64,000 bases of DNA, taken from assembly GCA_037379345.1 (NCBI GenBank), contig CM074513.1:55593195-55657194 (forward strand), given 5' to 3'. This stretch comes from Perna viridis (Eukaryota). The notes below the pieces were generated by a model. It had not been told where the DNA came from. It saw only the letters and a program-made list of their open reading frames with translations, and ran no database searches. Both the position numbers and the translations under genes were made by a program. Below, piece after piece: positions 52,323 to 64,000 of this stretch (position 1 is its first letter; every line of letters starts with the position of its first letter).

Positions 52323-55300
52323 ATGTCTGAAGAAATGAAAAGGATATTAGTGAATTTTACTTGGATATGGATACTTATGGCTCAACCTTTTGTAGAAGGT
52401 AAGTTACAATTAGATAATTTACAATAAACAAAATTATAAAAAAAATAATTATAATTTTACCACAGAACATTAAAGTATGATTAAACTGTTCTAAAGATGT
52501 AAAGGGTGTAATGATACAAATTATGACACTTGGAATAACAAAAAAATATGTTATGTGAATTCTCTGCATTAACGAAAGTGCCAAATAATTTGTGTTGGCC
52601 AAAAGTTTTAATAAAGGTAGACATGTATAGTAAATTTATGTAATTTTTCACAGTAGTGATTTCTATTCGGATGCGTAACATAAAAATATCAATAACATTA
52701 AGTTTTATTGAAATTCCACGTTGGTGCGTGCTATAAATGAGACAGTAGGGTGAAGACATGCACCAAGTTTACTCTAGATAATATATCATGTACAATACAC
52801 AATTTGACCGTTCATGGTGTAATAACCTAATTAGCTGAATGTAAATCAAATAAATCTTTATTTACCGTTTCCTTTTATATTCAAAGAATGTGTTTTCTTC
52901 CATACTTTGTAACTTGTTATGGGTCTGTTGTAAGGCTGTCGGTATTCATATACCATTTTCACAGATAATGAACTTCTGTGGCAACACAATCAACATACTC
53001 ATAAAATGAAGAAAAAAAAATAATAGGGTAAACGCCTTAAATCCAATTCGTAAAAAAAACCAGCAAGTAGTTCTAGTATTTAAACGGATAATGACGCATA
53101 TCAAATTGATTGTGAAGTGTCTAAATTTTTAACGGGGCTGTTAAACAAAAAAAATAGAGATATATTAATAACGAGACATTAACTAAATTGTGAGAGAAAA
53201 AATAGCGACTAGCGTTAATTCGTTGGATGACATATGACCTTTAACTGGAGGTCAGCTGAAAATAACGGGTTAGGCTCGTACTCAAAAGTGATATCAATAA
53301 CTCATTGTATTAATCATTAAAAAGATATTTTAAATTTACAGCAAGTGAAGAAAAAAAATTAGCGAAAAATGTACATTGTGTGTGTTCCAATTACTCCTAC
53401 AAGAGGTTGAAATTCTATTCCTCCATTCCTTTACGGAAAATAGCTTTCTAGACAACCTCTAGCATTGCTGATTGATTGATTGATTGTTGGGGTTTAGCGT
53501 TCTAGCATTGCTGGAGTAGTGCTAGAACGTTAAACCCCAACAATCAATCAATCAATCAGCAATGCTAGAGGTTGTTTAGCATTGCTGGAGTAGTGTTCCA
53601 ACCTTGCTTAGAGAAATCATCTAAAGGGCTAGATCTACATGCATGCACATTTGATTTTTAATCATAAGCACAACTTTTAAGCCATTCATCTTAATTTTCA
53701 AAGGTTAGAACAGACCTCTTGGTATTAGACTGATATGAACCCCAGTCAGTCATAAAAAGACACTATAAAACCAGCTTTAATTATTTTTTCCTTAAGAACA
53801 AATGACTCCTAGTTTTCAGGTGCATGAACTAGCAACACATTTATATGAAGTTGATATTTGTGGACTATAATATATCCAGCTTAATCATTATATCAATTTA
53901 CATTCTGTATACATTTACTCCATCGGACTACAAGTAGTCAATGGGAAGGCGTGGATGATTCTTTGAGATCCCACATCCTGTTGATACTAAATTACGTGCA
54001 GTTTCTCTCATACATTAAATAAACTCCATTGATCGACAGCCAAATTACTTCTAAGTGTAGTTAAGTTACTATTGAATCTTAATTGCAGACTTTCAAAATT
54101 ACCACACGTTTTCTTATTATTACTTAATCGTTGAATGTGCTCGTCGTGAATGTGTTTCTCGACTGTTTGTTCGAATTGTATGCGCTTTCCAGCAATTTTT
54201 CTACCGTACCAACATTTCCTAGCATTTTTTGTATCCGCCTTTTGACTGTTGATCTGGAACTTCTCCATTAACATGCCTCTGTACATTTCTTTCTGCATCG
54301 GTATACTGAGCTGAATAGACGGTCATTACATAAAAGATATGCAGTTTGAAAATTAAATTATAGAAGTCTTCAAAATAAATTGTGTAAAAGCTTGATTTCA
54401 ATTATTAAATATTCTAACATCGTAGAGTCGGAAAAATATATGTACTAAAAATGTTTGTCGGGGAGAAAGGTTTTATGGCTGTATCAAAATCCCATATATC
54501 TGTACTTCAGTCCACTTCAAATATTGAGACGAAATACTCAGAAATTACGAAGACAATGTAATTTCAGACAAGAAGGACATCTGTCTACCCATGAATGTCA
54601 AATAAGTCAATTTAGGCACGTCCTGTAATCCCTTTGGTTTATAACACATAACCCTCTTTTCTATCAATGTCTGCAGAATAAAGACAAAGGCATGTCTATT
54701 GTCGCCCCCATCGGTGGGGAAATGGATTTGCACTGCAACAGGTACATTCTTGCTTAACCGCCAGATAGACGTTAATATAGGTTATCATTTTGATGATAGA
54801 TTGATGTCAAAGAAGCAGTTTATAGTTAATTGTAACGATAATCAGTTTCTTCTTACTACATACATTTTAATTATAACGGAACCAAACAGGACATTGACAA
54901 ATGCACTGGATCGTAAATTCAAGGAACATGCATCACTCGCAGCAACGGGATGCTGTAAAATTTACCCAAATGGAAAATTGACATGATGAAAGACGTTAAA
55001 TTGTTATGAAGTTTTAACTATTAACAAATACTAAGTACTTGGAATATTTTATAAATGCTGTAATGTCCTATATATCAATAATTCGAACTAATAATCAAAT
55101 AAGTATTTTTTATGTTAATAAAACTGATATAAAAAAAAAAGAAAAAAAAAGATAAAATGGTTATAGATGTATTGACTGTCAAACAACAGTTTTGTAATAT
55201 TTATGTTCTTGTTTTATCTTACAATATATTGTATTTCGTTTGTTTTGTTGATATGCAAATGAAAACAAAACAAACAAACATGTGGTATTATGGTAGTGTG

Positions 55301-58300
55301 AACTGAACATTGTGTTCAAAGAAGAGGGTTAAGAGGCACCTACAGAATCCCGATCGGTATTCATTGTCCCCGATTTCAAGTGGGAAATATTTACCACAGA
55401 AAAATTAGTTTCGAAGTTTAGACTTCGAATTATAAATACCTAAATACTCGTTGAATGAGGGAAGTTAGGATTCCTTCCAGTTGCCTTATTACCGAGTTGA
55501 ATTTACCTGTATTTAATAAAAGAACTGTTATGAAATGGGGCTTAAATTAGCGTACTGATCAACGGCTACACAAAATGAAAAAATTAGGGGGTAACATCCA
55601 ATACTTGAGGCGACACAATTAAAATTTGTCATTTTGTACCTGTTTTTTTTTTTATATACTTACAACAAAAATTTCAACTAATACTTGGCAAAAGTAATTA
55701 AAATGCCGAATGAAACAAGGAGGCAAAAAAATGAATAAAAAGAAAGTCTTATACAACATGAAGAATACAACCAATAAATAGCCAATTGCCTTTTTAACCA
55801 CCGAGACATGCTTTTGCAAACAGTCTACGACTGAAAACTATCAATTCCGTTAAAGACGATTAGCGCAATACTTATGGTGCCAAAATAGGAATTTGTTTTG
55901 CAGACCAATTTTCTTTCCAGATAAATAAATTGCAATTTGACAATCTAAGAATCCTATTTGTAGGCAGACGTCTGCTTTTTATATTTTTATTCAATTACCA
56001 AAGACGATCGGTAATTGTTTTTCAAAGTGATGGAATGGAGTATGTGTGAAGTCATCGATCCCGCCATGCAGTTGCACATTACGTCATGTAATAAAGCTGA
56101 CCTTGGGCCAAAGATGAAGGTTAGCTGTTTTTTTTTCTTTTTTTTTGTCCAACTTCGGGACATTTCATTTTACTGCAATTTTCTACAGACTGTGATGTGC
56201 GGAACTAATCAACTTGCTGATTTCATTACTTTCAAACACACTTTAACTAGAAGTATAAAATTCAGACACTGCCCATATCAAAGTGATCCAAGGTTAAGAA
56301 AACCCCATCGAACGAACGATGATTTTTCAATCGACATATGTTATATTTTTGCGTAACAATTGTCCTTTCCATATTCACATCTGTACTTTTGAGAAAATCA
56401 TGCATTTATCTCCCATGTACCTCTCTTTTGTCTCAAAATCAGCGACCAAATGAAAAACTCAGATTGGTTATGTGGTCAGTTACCGTTTCTTAATTAGAAA
56501 TATAAGTGAGTTCAGTGAGTTTTTGACATGCATGAATCACTTCCTGTCTGATTTTTACAAAGATTGCTACTTAAAATAACAAATTTCAATTTATTATTTA
56601 TTGACTTTCTTCCTTTTTGTTAAACTGACTTTATTGTGACATTATTATGTGCTGGAATTAAAAGAATTATCATTTAAAAATAACAGCGGATCAATCTGTG
56701 AACGGAATATACTCATAATACCTGATAGCTAACTAATCTGCATCGGAGACAAGGATGGCATTCCTGGTCTTAGTGTCATTAACTAGAAATTACACAAGAG
56801 GTGGTCATCGAATGAACTCACACTTTTAATCTTCTTAAATGAGGCAAAGTTCTTATTTGTTATACAAAGCATCGTCCCTTGGTGTTGGATGAACCAACTA
56901 CTTCTGCTCTGAACACAAGGATACAACAATTTGATTCTAAAGCTCTAGAATACTAAAGTAGCAATGTTCATTTGGGTTATTTTAATAAGTTATTTTAATA
57001 ACTGAATATAAGTAGCTAGTTGTGGTTGAAACATTGATTTTTTTTCCTGCTTCATCTCTGCTGTACCTGACATCCCACAATTTCATACTATATTGTACTA
57101 TATGTATTTGGTAAATCAGTCATTGTAGCACAAATTCAACTTGACATGCTAAGAAAAGATGACAAGACAAGGTTTCTCAGGAAATGCCAACAACAAATAT
57201 AGGAATAGGCATCTTCAATAGTAATACCAAAGTTGTTTTTTTTTTTTTTTGCTGTCTTCGGGAACTAAAACTTCAAATACAGTTGCAACATGTATCACAA
57301 AGACAATATACATTCAAATGCCTACTTAGGGAAATTTTTCTAAGTTTGCCAGCTCAACCGCATCACTGAAAAAAACCTTATTAAAACCAACCCAGATCCC
57401 TGCAAAATTAAGAAATGCTGCAGTGATGGAAATGATCTGTCTCGCTCAATCTTCAACAAGCATCATCAGGCAGAATTAAAGGCAAATAGTAAGAGAGAAA
57501 TAAGAAGAAACATGCATGGCAACACCGAGAGAAAGACGTTAAACAGATGAGATGGACATAACCTAAGAAGATAGTAATGAGTATCTGACAGTGTCTATGC
57601 TATTTTACGTTAAGTGGATCTGTTATGGTATTAAAATGATGACTTGCTAGAATCTTCTTGAAAGGAAAACCTACGAACAATAAATAATGTTGACACAAAA
57701 AGAAAAAAGGCAACCGAAGAGATGTCAAATTGACGCTTTGTGTTTTGCTGCATATATGCTTATATTTAATAAAAATTTTTGTTCTGGTTGTGTTTACAGT
57801 GACAGTAAAGCAGAAAAAAAAATAAGCAAAAGGACAAACGACGAAGTACTAATAGGCCATCAAAACTTATCTTTTGGTACATTTTTAGATATTTCTATCT
57901 ATCGTTACAAATACGATTGACTATAGTGTCTTACAATAGTATCTGACCTCCCAAGAAGAAAATTTTGTGAAGCCATCTGTTATGCTATACTCCTTATACA
58001 TTGTGTAATATTATGTATATAATCAAAGCTTACGGTAAATTCAAATATTCGTATTACAAACAAATATGACAAGGTCGTAATCTCTATCAGTCTTACTCGC
58101 TTTGGAGGAGTTTTACCGTATTTTTAGAAGAATTTACTTCCAATATCACAAAAACTTAAGTAGATTAAAGGTTTTAAAAAAATAAAATCGAAATTAATCT
58201 GAATGCTAAACCATCTCAAATGACCTTCACATTGTTGTAAGTCTGCATGTCTATATTTTATATACTGAAAGAAGTTTACACGTACTTCATCATATTCATT

Positions 58301-61300
58301 ATAATACATCGGCTTCTATACCATGTCAGTTCTAGTCAACGTCAAATAACGAAAAAAAATGTATTAGACTAATTATTCAATTATCACATGTTTATTTTCT
58401 GAATATCCCGTCACCAGACCGGAATGTCGGCACTTTCAATTCATCAATAGATAAAGTACATACACCTGAAAAGGTTATAATTACTTATAATTCTCATGGT
58501 ATGGAAGAATAGATAAAGCTTCCTTGGGTTTACCAGACGAATAAGTTCCCTTTAAAAGTCTGACTAAATAAAAAAAAATGTTTTAAAAAAGTCTAGTTTA
58601 TTAGATGAACGATTTCATTTCAATATATCGACACGACTAAATATCAGACTTATGATGATCATTGTACTGTGGATATAAGAATTTCTACGACAACCAGTAA
58701 CGTACTTCGTTTCCTAACCGGAAATTGACGAGGCTTTCTTTATAAGACGGATTTCGAACATAAAGCATGCATAATTGTTGAAAAGTGTTTGGTGCCCATG
58801 TATTTGATCTGGTCATGAAGAGATTGTTTTAATAAAGAATACAAAGCATACATATAAGTACCTAAAAACTGAGAAACACGAAAAATTGCTTCTCATGCTA
58901 CGACAGATTTAATGTAGATAAATCCGACAAAAGGTGCCAGTCTGCGAAGAACTAATCGTACCACAGACACAAATTCTTAGGGAATTTTATATTGAATCAG
59001 TACGGATATTTAACGTCTCGCTAAATCAGTTTTAATTGCAGGTGGTTGCACCATGCAAATGCACATATTGTGCAGCTATTAATCATTTATCCATTACTGT
59101 CTGATGGAAGAAAAGATTGTATTAAAACGATCAGACCTTGTCAGGCTGACAGGGGAAGAGGCCGTGTAGAACAATAATATTACAACCTACACAGCCAGTT
59201 TTTTATTTAATCCTTTTTTTATATAAGATACAAACAAATTATGTTTTAGATAGAAATCATATTCCAGTAGATATATTTCTATAAATTAATGACTCCTTTA
59301 TGGTTATGCAATTAAAGGTACAATATCAACAATATAAGCCAAAAATGAACGAGAACCGTCACGCAATCTGACAGTATTCACCTTTAAACCAAATAGCGGA
59401 CGTTATAAAGCACTTAATCTTAAGAGTGCAACCATCAATTAACGTTTTTTTAGTGTTAATATCAAGTACTCTGACGTATTTTAAAAAGTCAGATAGTACA
59501 ACGGTCCTTAATTTTAAAACTGTCATTCTAGGTGGAATATGCTGGGGATCTGTATCTAAAACTGGTAACTGCAAGAAGATGATTATGTTAAATGTGACCA
59601 AGGAACAGTGTTGTAGTGTAAGCAGGGGACCAGATACAGGATGGTCACCACATTCAACGTCATCATCCGGCCTTCTGTTCTTTTGGGAGTTCCTGTCTAA
59701 AGGTGCACCAGCATGTCAAACGTGTCACAGTAGGTCACATTTATAAATACTTATCATATTACATACATTATCATACACATGACCACTTTATGAATAGGCC
59801 GAATCCGTTTATCAGTAAAGCCAACAAATCAAAATAAAAAAGACTTACAAGCTCAAATATTTTGTTTAATGAGAAAACAAACTGAAATCGGGATACGTAA
59901 TATATGAGTAATAACGAGTACAATAAAGCGAACAAGTAAAAATAAAAACTAATCAGAACAAATATGTTTCTGTATTACAATAATTTAAAAGTCAGGCTTC
60001 AAATTAGTGATACAGTTAAGTACATTTTAAATGTTGGTGTATTATAATATTTAAATATGATAACATATACTTCGCTTAGACAGTTGTAAAAATGTGGTCT
60101 GTCCAAGCACCAAGAAATGCAGAATGAAGAAGTCGAAACCAAGGTGTGTGTGCAAGACTAAATGTAATAGAAAAGACGATAGAAGACCGGTCTGTGGGAC
60201 TGACATGCGAAAGTACAAGACTATATGCCATCTAAAAAGACACAATTGTAAATACAACACAGAAATTAAAGTGGACTATTTTGGAAAGTGTAAAGGTGAG
60301 TGATACAAATGTGAAGTAAACGAAAGAATTACTGGCTTTAAAGTATGCTTTATTGGGTACGTTAAGTATTTGAAACTCATCGGGGCATCAAAAGTGATGT
60401 CGATATTTTACAAACTATTCATTGTATTTCATTAACAAAAGATTAAATGCATATTTTACAGATTCTTGTAGAAATGTAAAGTGTCCAACAGACCGATTTT
60501 GTGTTGAAGATCAAAACGGTCTACCGCATTGTATAAACTGCAGTTCTAATTGTGCATCAGCTCCCCGGAAACCAGTTTGTGGTAGTAATTTTAAGACCTA
60601 CGAAAGCGCATGTCATTTGAAGGCTGAATTGTGTAGAACAAGTAATATAGTACAGATAGCATATTCTGGTGTCTGTCAAGGTAAGCACAGCCGGTCTATC
60701 ATTGTACATGCTTCGAAAACAAGAACTCTATTGCAAAAAGATTTTCAAATTTCTGTTATATTTTATCACCTTCTGACTTTCATGTTTGTCGTTTGGGAAA
60801 TTCTACCAATGATAAAGAAAAATATAAGTTTAACCGTTCCTTCCGATAAATGAAAAATGAAAGAAATATTGACTTGGATTATTCTGACCTATTCGAGAAG
60901 GCATTTCCATGACTTGCCTATTCTAAAAGGCATTTCCTCGACTCTCGCATTATTCGCGAAGGCTTTCCCAGATTCAGATACTAGTCAACTGAGACAAAAG
61001 TGTACATTGTACTTTAATTCTAAATCTTTAAAATCTTTGGGCAAATACTGACGTTACAATTTACGCCTTTTTTTCAGCTAACGCGACATGTCTTTCGATC
61101 TCATGTCCGTATTTTATGAAATGTTTAGTAAACCCAGTAACAAGACAACCAACGTGTACGAACTGTAGACGACTATGCTCCCCGTTATCTGTTGTCCCGG
61201 TGTGTGGTACTGACGGGATATCGTACAAAAATTACTGTATAATGAGGAAAAAATCTTGCGATATGAGAATTCTTATACAGACAAAACACAGTGGGCACTG

Positions 61301-62653
61301 TAATAGTAAGTAGAAATACAAAAAGGTCACATTACGTATATAACTGAAACCTTAAACATACATAATTCAGCATTAAAATAATAAAAAAACTGAACTCAAT
61401 ATCCATTGCATCTGTAAGCCAATCACTGTGTTATCTAAAAAGTAAGACTTAGTAGAAATACCATTCACTGTAGAAACTAAAACAGTAAAACTTAGTAGAA
61501 ATACCATTCACTGTAGAAACTAAAACAGTAAACTTAGTAGAAATACCATTCACTGTAGAAACTAAAACAGTAAACTTAGTAGAAATACCATTCACTGTAG
61601 AAACTAAAAAGTAAGACTTAGTAGAAATACCATTCACTGTAGAAACTAAAACAGTAAAACTTAGTAGAAATACCATTCACTGTAGAAACTAAAAAGTAAG
61701 ACTTAGTAGAAATACCATTCACTGTAGAAACTAAAACAGTAAACTTAGTAGAAATACCATTCACTGTAGAAACTAAAACAGTAAACTTAGTAGAAATACC
61801 ATTCACTGTAGAAACTGCAACAGGAAGGATAAAAGTAAGAAAATAAACAAATGTGTTTAACAGTGAAATATTTGTTTTATCAAATTTCTATAACTGCATA
61901 CATGCTTGTTTATTTTCCCTTTATTTTACTTAATGGCATCATAAAGATATAAACACAGTCATTGAAGGCTCAGCTCTCCAACGGAGTTTTGTATTTCCTT
62001 TACATTAAAATATTAATAAGTACTTCATGAATTAATTTTAAAGTAAAGCTTTGCAAAATGACTACCTTAATTGTCAGGATTTTAAAGCGTGACGTGAAGC
62101 ATCTCATAGAAATAAGCGTCATTGTTTCCATTTCAGAAAAAAGACGTAGCTGCAAGGGCTGCAAGCGGCATTTAAAGAAGCTTTTAAGGCGCAGAAAATA
62201 CAGACGAAAGAAATATCGATCGAAGTCAAAGAAGAATCCAATGTTTAGTAGGTTTAAATGTAAGTAATGTTGTACTCATCATGAAACAAAATCTGTAGTA
62301 CATTGAAGGGAGTATGTCAAACATTCTGTCATTAAAAATGCTTTGCAGTTAATGTTATTGATAAATCGCTTCTTAAGAATATAAATCGCGGAAAAAAACT
62401 CAAGAAATAATAAAAAAAACTGTTCATACAGTATCCATTCACAAGCGAATTCCGATTTTGGTCTGTCTTTGAGTACAAACATTGAATAGTTTATGCACCG
62501 AGTTATGTGTGTCATTCAAATATACACATGAACTTATTAAGATTGTCTATGACATGTTTTTCAGCTAAAATATATGGAGGATACACTTTATACCCGGATT
62601 CAGATTTAACAACACAGAGAAGCACTATAGACCACTATAAAGACTTTGGTTGA
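52323..62653 (+). CDS. FST: Follistatin (signal peptide, TB-like N-domain, three FOLN-Kazal domains, basic tail; ~378-382 aa)
   Basis: Exons 52323 (or 52335)-52398 (MSEEMKRILVNFTWIWILMAQPFVE), 59532-59729 (GGICW...GNC...NVTKEQCC...GW...LFFWEFLSKGAPACQTCH), 60080-60295, 60462-60680, 61078-61305 (three FS domains with PVCGTD/PVCGSN), 62137-62259 and 62565-62653. All introns are phase-1 GT-AG, one domain per exon as in vertebrate FST. The first and last exons are inferred from splice and phase fit. Confidence 0.92.
53452..53595. repeat. 56-bp-arm palindrome built around a 31-nt retroelement tail insertion
   Basis: 53452-53507 is the reverse complement of 53520-53575 with one mismatch, and it contains the TAAACCCCAACAATCAATCAATC tail seen at 48547-48569. 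Confidence 0.9.
61435..61816. repeat. 42-44 bp minisatellite, ~9 copies (ACTTAGTAGAAATACCATTCACTGTAGAAACTAAAACAGTAA), in a follistatin intron
   Basis: Near-perfect tandem copies with no unique spacers. Confidence 0.95.
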
Positions 62654-64000
62654 ATATAACTTGGACCGAGAGGGTGCAATCTGTGATAATTAGTTTTTGT
62701 TGTGATATCCAGGCGTCAGTGTTGTACAATGATGGTGTTAAGTTCTATAGAACGAATGCACAGTGTGAACATGTATTATTGACAAAACAAACTTCAAACT
62801 TCAGTCAGTTCAATCCTTCGGATACTCTTCATATAATTAAGACTGTCGTTATTTGTATCGTTGAAAAGTATTACATTAACTATCAACAGTGGAACATTAT
62901 GACATAAGTAAGCAATCTAACAAGTAATACAGACTAGGTAGTTTCTGTTGAAAAAAAAAACGTAGTAACCTTGCATCGTTTAATGAATTATATTAAAGCT
63001 AAATTGTACTTAGCCGAGATATTGACAGATGTGAGCTTTAATTGCCGATTAATTTACTCGCTTGGCAGACTTTATCTTTCGTTGGACCAGTGTAAGCCAT
63101 TGACATCCAGATTAGGAATTCAGGTTTCACATAAAGGCCATTTCACAATTTTCAAACTTCCTTAAATTATCATTACTTGTCCATCGTTCACTTCGAGTAA
63201 TAAGAATATCGTGCATGACTCTGGTTAACTATATTGTTACTTATTTTATGTATCATTTGTGTAAAAATTGCTTTTTATTTATGTATTTGTTATGAATCGT
63301 GATCTCTGTTTAATAATTTTAATAAATACAAACTAAACATTTTTGTCTTTTTTCAACAAATGTATGGAAATAGTGTCACTTGTATGACATCACATAAATA
63401 GCGGTCTGGTTCTGATACTGTTCATTAATCATTTGTCTCGTGAAATGTGAAATGGAAACATAGTGACAAATGAGACGACGGTCGTGCAGTGATCTGAACG
63501 TTCTCTAAAGCATTACTTCGTAGAGTCAGGTTCTATGGAAATAAAATTTGGTCGCATGTGTGTCTTCGTGAAAAAATTCGTTTGAAATGACTCCTTGAAA
63601 CGCTCAACTGAGTGATAAAAATGCCCCGAGTTTATTGTCTTCTGACATTAAAGATTTCCCGTCTCGACTACCTTTAAAATGAAGCTTTTAGGCTTTGCTT
63701 ACTAAACCTTAGTTTGTGAAACTTAATATATCATGTCAACATCTGTTAATAACAGGACTTAGTCACAAAGACAGTACGCAATTGTAGTTAAAACCAAATT
63801 TACATAAGACCGCGTTCGTCCAGACAAATTAAATTTTAGTATAACTTATAGTACAAAATAAATGGACATCTAACAGAGTGTAGTCCTTCAAACAATAATA
63901 ACCTGTTGATAATTAATCACAAATAATTTAATTTGATTGTCTATTTCTCAACTGAGCAAGATAGTTTATTTCCCATAAACTAACTTGGTACTGTCGATTG

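Noticed and set aside
54008-54401. Antisense ORFs within follistatin intron 1
   Set aside because: No recognisable motifs or supporting splice structure.
56754-56800. Alternative follistatin signal-peptide exon (MAFLVLVSLTRNYTR)
   Set aside because: Weak donor (GTGGTC) and short hydrophobic core. The exon at 52323-52398 has a consensus GTAAGT donor, the right phase and a promoter-like upstream region.
57440-57470. Minus-strand CUGAUGA...GAGAC hammerhead-like string
   Set aside because: GAAA is replaced by GAGA, there is no second copy, and the context resembles the terminal hairpin of a HINE/MITE-type element.
61435-61816. CRISPR-like regular array
   Set aside because: Units are contiguous with no unique spacers, there are no cas genes, and the array lies in a eukaryotic intron: a minisatellite.

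Overview
AT-rich, intron-containing animal genomic DNA. The repeat families and gene types suggest a bivalve mollusc, probably mussel-like (inference). I reconstructed five protein-coding genes by hand from splice signals. (1) The 5' three coding exons of POLR3C (minus strand, runs off the left edge). (2) A small four-exon signal peptide-TSP1-LDLa-hydrophobic tail gene (minus) that the ORF track misses. (3) Its head-to-head longer paralogue, signal peptide-IgGFc-binding N-domain-acidic DNDCDG repeat-2xTSP1-LDLa-hydrophobic tail (plus). (4) A RING-less B-box/coiled-coil/NHL TRIM-like gene. (5) Follistatin with a strongly basic, possibly alternatively spliced C-terminal tail. The rest is mostly decayed LINEs, Penelope-like RT fragments, non-autonomous DNA transposons/MITEs and minisatellites. 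The most unusual signals are structured RNAs carried by retroelements: a TSD-flanked dimeric element with no tRNA head that instead begins with a covarying, pseudoknot-capable fold (47593-48567); two copies of a minimal hammerhead ribozyme core (about 9310-9341 and 28410-28441); a tRNA-headed repeat preceded by a decayed hammerhead; and a GC-rich folded island with a sarcin-ricin/loop-E-type motif (10527-10672). All coordinates were read by eye and no searches were run.
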